This document shows, piece after piece, positions 19,277 through 28,483 of a stretch of 38,110 nucleotides of DNA. Within the stretch, counting starts at the first letter, position 1. Each line of letters begins with the position of its first letter. The stretch covers positions 1-38,110 of IMG/VR virus record IMGVR_UViG_3300025012_000196. One strand, written 5' to 3'. Made by a program: the position numbers and the translations under genes. The stretch is from a virus (taxonomy: Duplodnaviria > Caudoviricetes). The notes beneath the pieces were generated by a model. The model saw only the letters and a list, made by a program, of their open reading frames with translations, was not told where the DNA came from and did not search any database.

Positions 19277-20927
19277 TTGCCAATTCCTCGATACTGGTAG
19301 CAAGGTACACGGCAATTACGGTTGATGTACCGCTGATTTGTATTTCCCATCTCTCTGCCGGCAGTCCGGAAGGCAGCCGAAAGGGTTTACCTGAAGAGAT
19401 GGTATGCGTTGATTTCAACATGCCGTTGGCGTCAATGGTAAATCCCCTGGCGCCATAGATAGTGGTCAATACGGCAACATCATCAGCATCTACACCATAA
19501 CACTTGGAAAATATTTCCAATGTCAGGCTGTCATAATCATCTGCAACCACTTGGCAGAAAGAATATGATATCGGGCGCGGTTCATTGATCAACCTCGACT
19601 TCCAGGTTTTGGCCAGTCTGCCGGTACCCGTATTCCAGTTGGATAAAGCAGCGGCAGTGCATAGTATCAACTCCCCGGTTTTAGTGTCGCTGTAACCGGC
19701 ATTGGCCGTCGCACTGATTGGAGTGAAGTTGAGTGTAGCCGGATCAAAGATGAAAGCCCCTGTTGAATGGAAAGCTACATATTTGCCATCGTACTGATAG
19801 GCGTGGATCGTGGTTGGATTGCAGTATTTCAACCATTCTTCCTGGGTGAAAATTGCTTCGGTCACCAGCTTGACATCACCGGTACCGGCCAGGATCAAAC
19901 CACCGGGGGCAGCATAGATGCACGTATAACCCATGTCCACCATCGAGCGCTTGGCGACACAGGCAGATCCTTTCTCCAGACGTTCCATGGATGAGCCGGT
20001 AATCACGTAGGGCAGACCTTCCGTTGTGACCAACAAACTGTTGCCATATACACCCAGAGCGACAACATTATCCGCCATGGTCATGCGACTTGCCACTGGA
20101 TAGGCATGTGGCATGTAGGCGACAGAGAAATAAACATCCTTGCCTGTAAAAGCAGCGATAACTCCACCAGGCAGCATCACGGCTCCATGCAAAGTGGCAG
20201 GTGGGGCGGTCCACTCGACGGAGGGCAGGACACTGCCGAGAGCTGCAGCTGCAATGGTGTCTGAATAAGAGGTGGTTGCAACAGCGATTGTGGCTACCAG
20301 CTGAAAGGCTGTGGCCCCATCAGAGCCGGTATTGGTACGGTAGATACGCTTGTTGGTGATATTGTAATTGCCGCTTGGGACGGTCGGTAGGTCGGTCAGG
20401 TTGACGGATTCGCCGGGTGCTACTTCGATGATCGCCGTAGCCGTGGAAGGTGGACCTTCTTCACCGTACTTACTGACATAGGTCACGACATAGGCGCGGG
20501 ACTCAATCGAGGTCGCCACGGGAGGGTCAGGATCAGGCGTACCGGTCACCGTCGTTGTTGGATATGTGGCAGGAGCAGGAACACCCAACAAGTAGGCTGT
20601 GTTGTAATCATCGCTGGTGTAATAGACTGGCGCCCGGGTTGGACCGGTAGCATCGCTGAAGAAATAGACCCTGCCCCATTCGTCGGCAGATACAGGCCCC
20701 AAGAGCATATCGCCTGAAGCTGGATCATAGTACCAACCATGGACAGCATGGCGGAAGATGAATTTAGGGCTGCCGGTCAGGTTTGAGATTGCAACGGAGC
20801 TGTTCCAGGAACGCAGGGCACCACTTGACAAGAGACAATTCAGGGCCGTCTGAGCTCCGCCATCCGGAAGCCTGCTTGGATTGATCCGTGGGGCAATCCC
20901 TTGGAAGAGTTCAAATCGGCTCAGCAT
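19269..20927 (-). CDS. Tail tubular/nozzle (stabilisation) protein
   Basis: 552 aa; YVVTYVSKYGEEGPPS, RIYRT, VYFSVAYMPHAYP; positioned after the adaptors. Confidence 0.7.
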   Translation of the reverse strand: MLSRFELFQGIAPRINPSRLPDGGAQTALNCLLSSGALRSWNSSVAISNLTGSPKFIFRHAVHGWYYDPASGDMLLGPVSADEWGRVYFFSDATGPTRAPVYYTSDDYNTAYLLGVPAPATYPTTTVTGTPDPDPPVATSIESRAYVVTYVSKYGEEGPPSTATAIIEVAPGESVNLTDLPTVPSGNYNITNKRIYRTNTGSDGATAFQLVATIAVATTSYSDTIAAAALGSVLPSVEWTAPPATLHGAVMLPGGVIAAFTGKDVYFSVAYMPHAYPVASRMTMADNVVALGVYGNSLLVTTEGLPYVITGSSMERLEKGSACVAKRSMVDMGYTCIYAAPGGLILAGTGDVKLVTEAIFTQEEWLKYCNPTTIHAYQYDGKYVAFHSTGAFIFDPATLNFTPISATANAGYSDTKTGELILCTAAALSNWNTGTGRLAKTWKSRLINEPRPISYSFCQVVADDYDSLTLEIFSKCYGVDADDVAVLTTIYGARGFTIDANGMLKSTHTISSGKPFRLPSGLPAERWEIQISGTSTVIAVYLATSIEELANV

Positions 20928-20932
20928 GGATA

Positions 20933-21580
20933 TTACCTCTTGGCCTTGGCAGTGGTTGCGGCTTCTCCCTGGATCTTACCGCCCAACGCGGAAACAAACG
21001 CTTGGTAATGGCTTGTGGACCGGTTCATGTTGGCCGGGTTTTCGGCGTCCTTGGCATAGGCACGGTACAGAACGTAATCGAGAAGAGCGCCTTCATACAC
21101 ATCATCCAGTTGCATAGTGTCTGTCAGTGCAGTCAATGCGGTTGGTGTTGCGGCATAGACCAGTTCGACTTGTGTGGTCCCATCAGAGGGGGGATATACG
21201 TAAAATGTCTTTGGGTCGCGTGGATCTTCGAGATAGTAGCTGATGATCTTGGCTTGAACGTTGCCATGCCAATCAGGACAGATTGCATCCAGGGTTTCTT
21301 TATCGAAGATGAAGATAGCCTTGCCGGGAGTGGTGCCTGCTGCGCCCATGTTGCGGATAACATCGATCACCACCAGGCCGCCGGCTGGCAAAGTCTGTTT
21401 TGATCCTGCCGCCAGTGCAACGGATAGGTTTTTTACCAAGGCATTCGGCTTGAGAACAACAATCTCTTTTTGGGCCAGGTTCACCCAATGCAACATCTCT
21501 GCATCCAGGTAACGAATACCGGCTTCATCCAACAACAGGATCTTGGCCTTATCAGATATGTTCTTGCCGGTTATCGACAT
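20933..21580 (-). CDS. Head-tail adaptor (DUF6682-like)
   Basis: LLD....RY.DAEML.WVN.AQ; FYVYPP; ALLDYVLYRAYAKDAE. Confidence 0.75.
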   Translation of the reverse strand: MSITGKNISDKAKILLLDEAGIRYLDAEMLHWVNLAQKEIVVLKPNALVKNLSVALAAGSKQTLPAGGLVVIDVIRNMGAAGTTPGKAIFIFDKETLDAICPDWHGNVQAKIISYYLEDPRDPKTFYVYPPSDGTTQVELVYAATPTALTALTDTMQLDDVYEGALLDYVLYRAYAKDAENPANMNRSTSHYQAFVSALGGKIQGEAATTAKAKR

Positions 21581-21590
21581 GGTGTCACTC

Positions 21591-22193
21591 CTAGAATGAT
21601 CTGTGAGGCCTGCGTGTAGGCAAAGGTGCTGACCGGCTGGACATGACTTGACTGATGCCGTTTTCTATCTCGGCCGCAAATGTTGCATCGACAGCAATGG
21701 CATGGCCACCGATAGAGAATTTCAGTGCGGCATCGGATATAAGATGATCAAACATCCCATCCCAAGGAATATCGTCGTACATGGCTTCTATCTGTGCAGG
21801 GTATTGCCAACATTCCAATGTGATTTGGACATTCGTATCTGGTGTTGGATACAGGTAGAAGTTGAAACCGCGTATTTCGTAGGCGACTGGCGGACCGGTT
21901 AAATCGCTGTAAAGATGCCTGTCAGATGGGCGCAGTGTTTGCAGTTCGGTTTTATCGGACCTGGGCAGGCTGTCCAAGCCTCTAAAGTTGGCCGGCAGGC
22001 TTGAGCTTTGGTTACCGGCCATAATGGGGAACACCAGCACTCCCTTTACCATGTCCGATTTTTTGTCTGACAGCTTGCTGGCGATATACTCTACCGTCAG
22101 GTTGATTGCATCGACAATCGGCAAGGCTATCGGTTGTGGCGCCCCTCTTAGTTTGGGCAGTATCAGCCTGTCAAACATTTCCTGTACGGTCAT
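21591..22193 (-). CDS. Second adaptor-like protein
   Basis: LPANF...GPPVAY...FYLYPTPD pattern shared with adaptor folds. Confidence 0.55.
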   Translation of the reverse strand: MTVQEMFDRLILPKLRGAPQPIALPIVDAINLTVEYIASKLSDKKSDMVKGVLVFPIMAGNQSSSLPANFRGLDSLPRSDKTELQTLRPSDRHLYSDLTGPPVAYEIRGFNFYLYPTPDTNVQITLECWQYPAQIEAMYDDIPWDGMFDHLISDAALKFSIGGHAIAVDATFAAEIENGISQVMSSRSAPLPTRRPHRSF

Positions 22194-22217
22194 GGTGGCC
22201 TCTTGTTCAGCAGGTTG

Positions 22218-22718
22218 CTATGCTTCTTTGTTCTTCAAAAACTTTGACACCCGCTGCCAGGGTACCGGTTCGGCTTGCCCCTCGGAAAGAGCGGCGGCAA
22301 TCTCGGTAACCTTCTTTTCTTGGGCAACGAGTACTTCTATTAAAACGATCTGTTCCGCTGAGAAAAGCGCTTTAGGAGCATCTGGATCGACCTTCGGCTT
22401 TTCTTCTTCTATCGGCTGTGGAACATAGGGCTCGTAAAAATCACTTTTGAGTATCTGGTAGTAATGTCCCTGGTTGATGATTTCGCATACTTTATCGCCA
22501 AGTTCATTTGGCTTGAAAACGTACTGGATCCTGCCGATTGTCAGCACGGTATTACCTTCGCGCTGGATCAGGCATTTTACCCAGAAGTTGTCAGGTGACG
22601 GCTGTATCTTTGCTTTTTTCAACTGTTCCTGCTGAATGCAGAAAGAGCATAGCAGTCCTTCGTTATCATGGTTGTTACGGCATTTAGGACAGGTCTTTTG
22701 CTTGAATTGTGTGGCCAT
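22218..22718 (-). CDS. Hypothetical virion-region protein with N-terminal CxxC...CxxC
   Basis: 166 aa; AGGAG RBS. Confidence 0.6.
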   Translation of the reverse strand: MATQFKQKTCPKCRNNHDNEGLLCSFCIQQEQLKKAKIQPSPDNFWVKCLIQREGNTVLTIGRIQYVFKPNELGDKVCEIINQGHYYQILKSDFYEPYVPQPIEEEKPKVDPDAPKALFSAEQIVLIEVLVAQEKKVTEIAAALSEGQAEPVPWQRVSKFLKNKEA

Positions 22719-22744
22719 ATAGTTCTCCTGAACTGTTTATGACA

Positions 22745-22768
22745 AGGGGGCAGGTAAACCTACCCCCT
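22745..22768 (-). terminator. Hairpin after the decoration gene (weak terminator or mRNA stabiliser)
   Basis: AGGGGGTAGG-TTTA-CCTGCCCCCT; poor U-tract. Confidence 0.5.
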
Positions 22769-22776
22769 CATTGGGA

Positions 22777-23238
22777 TTAAATGGACGGTACGTAAGAAAC
22801 TACGCAACCGATGGTCCGGGCAGCTGCATGCTTGGTCGCAGCGGTTGTCTTGACCTCAATAGCCAGTACCTTGTCAGTGGCAGCCGCAGCTGTACCGAAC
22901 ATGATGGCAGTAGCTGGCACAGCCAGTGTTCCGCCAGCCTGACCCAGGGTGGTATCAGCGACAAAAATGGTATCCAGCGCTGTATCACCATCATCCATCA
23001 GGCCGACATCAAATGTCAGCGCTGGGCTGCCGTCTGCATCCAGATCGCCGCAGAACAGCTTCAAATCAACGACCTGGTGACCGGCGGGGATGACGCACAG
23101 ATTCAACAGATCACCATCGGTAAGTGCAGCAGCAGCAGCAGCAATGGCGACGGTGCAAAGGCGGGTGATGGCGTAGTGAGAGCTGGCGGTCAATACACTA
23201 ACTCCAGCGCCGAAACGATCAGAATTGGTGGTAGGCAT
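22777..23238 (-). CDS. Capsid decoration/cement-like protein
   Basis: 153 aa, beta-rich, immediately after the capsid gene; DLD...LTFDVG motif; AAGGAG RBS. Confidence 0.6.
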   Translation of the reverse strand: MPTTNSDRFGAGVSVLTASSHYAITRLCTVAIAAAAAALTDGDLLNLCVIPAGHQVVDLKLFCGDLDADGSPALTFDVGLMDDGDTALDTIFVADTTLGQAGGTLAVPATAIMFGTAAAATDKVLAIEVKTTAATKHAAARTIGCVVSYVPSI

Positions 23239-23279
23239 AATTCTTACTCCTTTCGAGTAATTGAAACTTTGGAAAGGTA

Positions 23280-23301
23280 CCGCCCCACGTAAGCAGAGCG
23301 G
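23280..23301 (-). terminator. Hairpin downstream of the major capsid gene
   Basis: CCGCTCTGC-TTAC-GTGGGGCGG; weak U-tract. Confidence 0.45.
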
Positions 23302-23328
23302 CCCGGGTTAAGTGAGAACAGCGCTGGT

Positions 23329-24450
23329 TTAGGCGTTCGGGTTGACGGCATAGGTGTCAAGAGCAACAACACCGTAATCAAGGCCGTTGAAGGTGACTTT
23401 CTTGCAACCCCAGATGCAGCTCGAAGAGATGATCAGGCGGTTGTTGTTGTCGGTCATCTTCTCAAACCAGTCGAAACGCATATCAGTGCCAGGGGAGCCG
23501 TAGGCCTCGGTCAAAGCCTGTGTACCAAGGAACAGTGCGCGAGCTGCCGACAGGTTGGTACCGGATCCATAGTCGCTGAAGCGGATGATATTCTCGTGCT
23601 TGTGCAGCACAACATTGTTGTGCATGCCAGCTCCGCCCAGAGCGATAGGAGACTTGTTACCCAAGCTTGTCGCCAGCGCCTTCTGGATATCCAGCCAACC
23701 ACCGGTACCTGCATCGGTACGCAGGCTGTATTCCTGCCAGTCGTGCATTACCAACACGTAACGCTTCTCGCCGTTGATCTTGATCGGCTGGATACGTGGT
23801 ACTTCCTGAGTGCCACCGCCCATAGTTCCGGCCATGGCAACCAGACGGTCAACCAGATTGAGCTTCATGGTCTCAGCCGAGGTGAGCGTAGCTTTGACGG
23901 CCAAGGATCCCCCAGCCAGACGGGGCAGCATGAGGTGGTCGGAGTCGGGTGCCGTTACGGAGTTGTTGGCGCGGCCAGTCCATCCGGTAGGATAGATGAA
24001 GCCGGTATTGACGCCACGGGCGCCGGACAGGTAGATGAAGCGGATTTCGTCCAGAAGACGCGCCCACCATTCCGCCATACGACGACGGCCAACATCGCGC
24101 ATTTTGTGCAGGCTGCGCTTGCGGGTCATGCGTCCGCCACCATCAACACCGCATCTCTGCTGGTCGATGTAAACGGCGTCCTGGTAGAACTCAAGGCCCT
24201 CTTCGGTACCTTCCTGGACGTTATCGCCTTCGATGGGCTGCTGTTTCAACTGCACAGACAGGTCAAAGGTGATCTGCTCTCCGGCGTCGTTCTCCAGTTC
24301 GGTTAAACGCTGGATGGGCAGGGTTGCGGGTTCGCCTTCTCCGACGAACCGCTGGTCGAAGTAGGACTCTTTCGGGGTATCTGCGGCAAGGGCGGCAGAC
24401 TGCCGTTTTACTGCCAGGGGGCTATTAACCCCAACAACTGTACGTCCCAT
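23329..24450 (-). CDS. Major capsid protein, N4-gp56/DUF4043 family
   Basis: IQRLTELENDAGEQITFDL, EGTEEGL.FYQD.V.IDQ.R, KKVTFNG.DYGV; strong AAGGAGG RBS. Confidence 0.9.
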   Translation of the reverse strand: MGRTVVGVNSPLAVKRQSAALAADTPKESYFDQRFVGEGEPATLPIQRLTELENDAGEQITFDLSVQLKQQPIEGDNVQEGTEEGLEFYQDAVYIDQQRCGVDGGGRMTRKRSLHKMRDVGRRRMAEWWARLLDEIRFIYLSGARGVNTGFIYPTGWTGRANNSVTAPDSDHLMLPRLAGGSLAVKATLTSAETMKLNLVDRLVAMAGTMGGGTQEVPRIQPIKINGEKRYVLVMHDWQEYSLRTDAGTGGWLDIQKALATSLGNKSPIALGGAGMHNNVVLHKHENIIRFSDYGSGTNLSAARALFLGTQALTEAYGSPGTDMRFDWFEKMTDNNNRLIISSSCIWGCKKVTFNGLDYGVVALDTYAVNPNA

Positions 24451-24530
24451 GGTGCTGTCCCTCCTTTAAGGGTGTTTTGGTCAGCACTCATGCGCTTGTT
24501 ATTGGGGGTGTTACTGATAAAACCCCTTGA

Positions 24531-24689
24531 TTATGTAAGTGCGGCCGGTTCCTTGGACAGCTTGACATCTATGTCCTTAGGTGCATCGATCTTCAGCCGT
24601 GCCTTTTTGCCGGTCTTGAATTGCAGGCGGATAACCATATCGCCTACCTGGAGAGTATCTCCTACAGCTATGTCTACGAACATGGCCAT
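24531..24689 (-). CDS. CsrA/RsmA-like small protein (52 aa, not in the ORF track)
   Basis: Hand translation: MAMFVDIAVGDTLQVGDMVIRLQFKTGKKARLKIDAPKDIDVKLSKEPAALT, matching the CsrA pattern VGE.L.IGD...G..VR.G..APK. Confidence 0.75.
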   Translation of the reverse strand: MAMFVDIAVGDTLQVGDMVIRLQFKTGKKARLKIDAPKDIDVKLSKEPAALT

Positions 24690-24693
24690 GGGT

Positions 24694-25680
24694 TTACACA
24701 CCGCTTACGTATGCTTTATAGTCCTCAGGGCTCAGCCGGGAGACAGCAGCTTCCAATGCTATTCCGCTCAGTTTGTCCAGATGAGAAAACTTATCCTGCC
24801 CGACATCGGCGGCATCGGCAGCTGGTACATCTCGCAACGTCTGATGCTCGGTCCCTGGTCGCTTTGCAGCTGGCTTTTTTGGGATAGTTTCTTTGCCATC
24901 AGCCGGGGCCTTACCTGCTTTTTGCAATGCCCTAGCTGCTTTGAATTCGGCAAAAGCTGCAGCTTCACTCAGGTTATGCTTGGCAAGGCAAAGGGTTTGG
25001 ATACCTGTGAGCTTTGCGTTTGCAGGATCATTTGCAACTTTGAGAAGTTCCTTGTTCAGTTTCTCCCACTCCGCAGGGTTCTTTGCCTGAGTATATTCAG
25101 GATTGGCCTTGAAGAAAGCCAACTGTTCCGCCTGCCACAATTGGGAGCCCATCTCTGCGTTTTGACTGGCGGCCTCCAGCTTGCGGGTCTCAGTCCTGAT
25201 TTCAGCGTCGATCTTCCGGCTGGCCTCGCGGTACTCTTTGGCGGATATCTCGCCGGCTTCCATCTTTTCTTCAAGGGCATCGAGCTCAGCCTGTTTGCTG
25301 GTCTCGACTTTATCAATCTCGGCCTGGAACGATGGGAGGATTTCGCCAGACAGTTTAGGAACGAAGGTGACAGCCGGCACATCTTCGATGTTGAATTCCT
25401 CGGCAGTCGTGACATCATCGGCAGATTGATCAGCATCTTGGTCGTCTGGTTTGTCGGATTCACCATCCTGATCATCAGCCTGTTGCTTGTCTTCAGCGCC
25501 ATCGGCCTTGCCTTCACCGTCGCCAGATCCACCATCTCCGTCATCATCATCGCCTTCATCGTCATCATCACCAGCGATGTCGTTCAGGATCTCTTCGTTT
25601 TCTTCATCTCCACCGGCCAGCACTTCGCGCTCGGTCGGGGAAAGCTTACTTAATTCTTCTTCTGTGTACTTACCACTCAT
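24694..25680 (-). CDS. Scaffolding protein
   Basis: Acidic N-terminus and coiled-coil, located between portal and capsid; AAGGAGG RBS. Confidence 0.75.
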   Translation of the reverse strand: MSGKYTEEELSKLSPTEREVLAGGDEENEEILNDIAGDDDDEGDDDDGDGGSGDGEGKADGAEDKQQADDQDGESDKPDDQDADQSADDVTTAEEFNIEDVPAVTFVPKLSGEILPSFQAEIDKVETSKQAELDALEEKMEAGEISAKEYREASRKIDAEIRTETRKLEAASQNAEMGSQLWQAEQLAFFKANPEYTQAKNPAEWEKLNKELLKVANDPANAKLTGIQTLCLAKHNLSEAAAFAEFKAARALQKAGKAPADGKETIPKKPAAKRPGTEHQTLRDVPAADAADVGQDKFSHLDKLSGIALEAAVSRLSPEDYKAYVSGV

Positions 25681-25695
25681 GCGGTGATCCTCCTT

Positions 25696-25944
25696 TTATA
25701 ATGTTATTTCATCGTCCTCAAAGGCCGAACCGGCGAAGATTGTCACTTTATCGCCATATTCTGTTTTAAATACAGTTGGCCTTTCTATTGCGCCTTCTGT
25801 GTTATCTTGGTGGTCGGCAATTTTTCTAAGTGTTTGCGCCACAAGGGGATACCAGAGGCCATCTCCGACAACCGAGTTTTCTATTGCAATGACAATTTTT
25901 CTTGTGTGCTGCGGGTATTCTTCGATAATCATTTGTTCGGGCAT
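25696..25944 (-). CDS. Hypothetical protein
   Basis: 82 aa with AAGGA RBS; fills the intergenic gap. Confidence 0.6.
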   Translation of the reverse strand: MPEQMIIEEYPQHTRKIVIAIENSVVGDGLWYPLVAQTLRKIADHQDNTEGAIERPTVFKTEYGDKVTIFAGSAFEDDEITL

Positions 25945-25962
25945 AGTTTTTGTCCTTTTACT

Positions 25963-28167
25963 TTATTGAACTCCCGCAGGTAGCGGTGGCGCGATGTTGT
26001 TGACGACCGGCACTGCGGTTACGTCAGAAAGTATCTGGTCAGCTGCCGTGGTAAGCTCCGGCGCCACAGCGGCGCTGCCAGCGATAGACATTGACTTGGA
26101 GAGAGCATCCAGCTTAACCAGCAATGCTTCCAATTCAGCCTTGTTGCCCTTGGCGATGGCTTCCTTAGCCTTACCTTCGATCAACGCAATATCAGCCAGA
26201 GCCTTCTTCTGCATCAGTTCCATTGCCTGCTGCTGCGCGGCCTGCGCCTGTTGTGCTTGCATCTGCTGTTGAGCCGCGGCATGTGCTTTCACTTCTGCTT
26301 CAGCCGGATCTTCTTCGGCATTCGGGTCACTCATGCCTGTGACTTCACGTAGTACGCGCACAAACTCGTCACGCATTGGTACATCAGACATCTCAAAGGC
26401 AATCGTCAACAGTTTGAGGCCAACTTCAGGCGGCAGCTTGGAGGCCATCTCCAACATCGAATCAAACATGGCCTGACGAACGGTCCCTCGGAAGTCCTGT
26501 TCGTCTACCACGAAATCAGCCTGTGACTCGGTAATGGGATTGAGCCCATCAGGGCCGTTCAACTCGACAAACTTCATATCGTTCTTGCGCTCTCCGGTCA
26601 GTCGCAGCTGCTTGGGCTGATCGTAAAACTGCTCGATCAACGACAGCCGACGTTCACCGGTTAGTTGAATAGCCAGGCGCAGATTGTCGAATAGGTCAGA
26701 GGTAGCGGTATAGCCTTGATTCTGGCGTGCCTCAATGGCTTTGCCGCTGATTGCATTGGTCTGGCGGCCAAGGTTTTCATCTGTGACGCCGCCTACCTCC
26801 TGGATGAAACGTGCATCCTGATCCATCAACTGGACATGGCCTTGGGCGAGTTGGGCTTGTGGCTGAATAGTCAGGTCGTAGCCTTTGTTCTTTTCAATCC
26901 ATCCGTCAGGCCTGGCGATTTCATCCATGGCCGTTTCAACATCATCAACAGCACCCTTGTCGGCAATAACCTGCTTGCTGTTCAACAGATACAAAGCTTT
27001 AGAGCGGCGCTTGTTCAGATCATCCTGTGGATCTCTCAGGCCGCGAACGATACCGTAAGGGGCATTATCCCTGCCACGTCGGTATCCCCAGATCGGGGTA
27101 AATGGGAAACGGTTATGCCAGTAAGGGGAAGGCCCGTCCTGGAGAATAATTCCGCCTTGGCCGGAGATACAAAGGATCATCAGCCGCATAGTCATCTTGA
27201 TGGCGTCAAAGGTTGTAGCCAGTTGGTTACTGACTGCCCATGCGTGAATCGGATCTGCTGGATTGAAGATGGCGCCGTGATAGGTTGCGTCCTGCTGGTG
27301 AATCACTTTTGTCTTTTCAGGTACGCGGTACCACCCCTCGCACAACAAAACCCGCTGGCGAGTGCCACAACCCATCAGGTCACCAGGTGAACCATGCAAC
27401 AGACTGGTAGCAGCCGGATCGTCGTAAAGATACGGATTGCCCATCTCCCGGTTGATCTGGTTGACGTTGATTACATTGTTTGCGGCAATCTTCAGATCTT
27501 CCTTGCGGTCAGGGAACATCAGCTCGGCTACGTCCAGGTCCACCCACTTCTCGCGGAACAGGAAGCGTGCATCCGACATGTCCGGGGCGATGGACAGCGG
27601 GTCATACCACATATTCCGCCATGACTCGTAACGGGTGAAGAGTGGTTCATCTTCAGGATCATTGCGAATGCCATCTTCCAGCCAGCCCAAACCGACAATG
27701 GCGCTGTCGGCAAAACCACGGGAACGCTCGAAGCCGTCCTTGTTAACGTCGGAAAGGTATTTAAGCAGTGAAGTCTTGGACTCGGCTGCCTTGCGACCTT
27801 CCGCCTTACGCGGCATGACGCGGAAATCAACGCGAGTACGCTTTTCGGTACCTGTCACCCATCGCAGGGTAATGGCTGTGAGATTGAATACTGATGCAGT
27901 CTGCCCCCTGCCCTCTACAATGGCCTTGTCTTCTTCGGACCACTGGAGACCATCGAAGTAATCCTGGTCCTTGGCCATCTCGTAGCGGTTCTCGGCTTGG
28001 CTGATACGAGCTTGCCGGCGCCACTCCAGAATCTTGTCCTTACGTTCCTGTACATCAGGGGAATCAAGCGAATCTTTCTTGACGCGACGGACATTTCCGG
28101 CTGAGCTATTCATAGCCCAACGATCTTTTTTGTTCTTCCGCTCTCGTTTTTCGATTGCCTGCGCCAT
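25963..28167 (-). CDS. Portal protein (P22-like)
   Basis: D.DYFDGLQW, PYGIVRGLRDPQDDLNKRRSK, SGKAIEARQ, Gln/Ala-rich barrel helix. Start placed at the ATG at 28167. Confidence 0.9.
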   Translation of the reverse strand: MAQAIEKRERKNKKDRWAMNSSAGNVRRVKKDSLDSPDVQERKDKILEWRRQARISQAENRYEMAKDQDYFDGLQWSEEDKAIVEGRGQTASVFNLTAITLRWVTGTEKRTRVDFRVMPRKAEGRKAAESKTSLLKYLSDVNKDGFERSRGFADSAIVGLGWLEDGIRNDPEDEPLFTRYESWRNMWYDPLSIAPDMSDARFLFREKWVDLDVAELMFPDRKEDLKIAANNVINVNQINREMGNPYLYDDPAATSLLHGSPGDLMGCGTRQRVLLCEGWYRVPEKTKVIHQQDATYHGAIFNPADPIHAWAVSNQLATTFDAIKMTMRLMILCISGQGGIILQDGPSPYWHNRFPFTPIWGYRRGRDNAPYGIVRGLRDPQDDLNKRRSKALYLLNSKQVIADKGAVDDVETAMDEIARPDGWIEKNKGYDLTIQPQAQLAQGHVQLMDQDARFIQEVGGVTDENLGRQTNAISGKAIEARQNQGYTATSDLFDNLRLAIQLTGERRLSLIEQFYDQPKQLRLTGERKNDMKFVELNGPDGLNPITESQADFVVDEQDFRGTVRQAMFDSMLEMASKLPPEVGLKLLTIAFEMSDVPMRDEFVRVLREVTGMSDPNAEEDPAEAEVKAHAAAQQQMQAQQAQAAQQQAMELMQKKALADIALIEGKAKEAIAKGNKAELEALLVKLDALSKSMSIAGSAAVAPELTTAADQILSDVTAVPVVNNIAPPLPAGVQ

Positions 28168-28183
28168 TTTAAACCCCAAACGT

Positions 28184-28279
28184 AAAAAGGCCCGGACAGT
28201 CTGAGAATCAATCTCAAACCATCCGGGCCAGCGTAGGAACCCTATTACAAGGGACTACAGGGTACCGTATATAAGATAA
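28184..28279 (-). promoter_or_regulatory. Structured leader with intrinsic terminator, copy L3
   Basis: ATATACGGTA; GTCCCT-TGTAAT-AGGG hairpin; stem GGCCCGGATGGTTTGAGA...TCTCAGACTGTCCGGGCC followed by TTTTT, upstream of portal. Confidence 0.75.
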
Positions 28280-28453
28280 TTACTTAAATTCTTTTGTTAA
28301 AACTATTTTACACACCTTCCCATTGTTGTAATTAAGTGCGACTTGGCCACAGCCATCTACTTCATCTTTGTCGAGGATATTGTGGCTTCTTAACAAGATT
28401 GTCAAATCTTTTTTTGCAGAATCAGATATTTGAAGCATGACTTGATGTTCCAT
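28280..28453 (-). CDS. 57-aa protein, YezD/DUF2292-like C-terminus (not in the ORF track)
   Basis: Hand translation: MEHQVMLQISDSAKKDLTILLRSHNILDKDEVDGCGQVALNYNNGKVCKIVLTKEFK; GGAG RBS. Confidence 0.6.
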   Translation of the reverse strand: MEHQVMLQISDSAKKDLTILLRSHNILDKDEVDGCGQVALNYNNGKVCKIVLTKEFK

Positions 28454-28483
28454 GGTAGTTGTCTCCCCCCTCCCCTTCTCCCC

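Noticed and set aside
25056-25571. 171-aa alternative-frame ORF within the scaffold gene
   Set aside because: By-product of GAT/GAC-rich acidic codons; no RBS or motifs.
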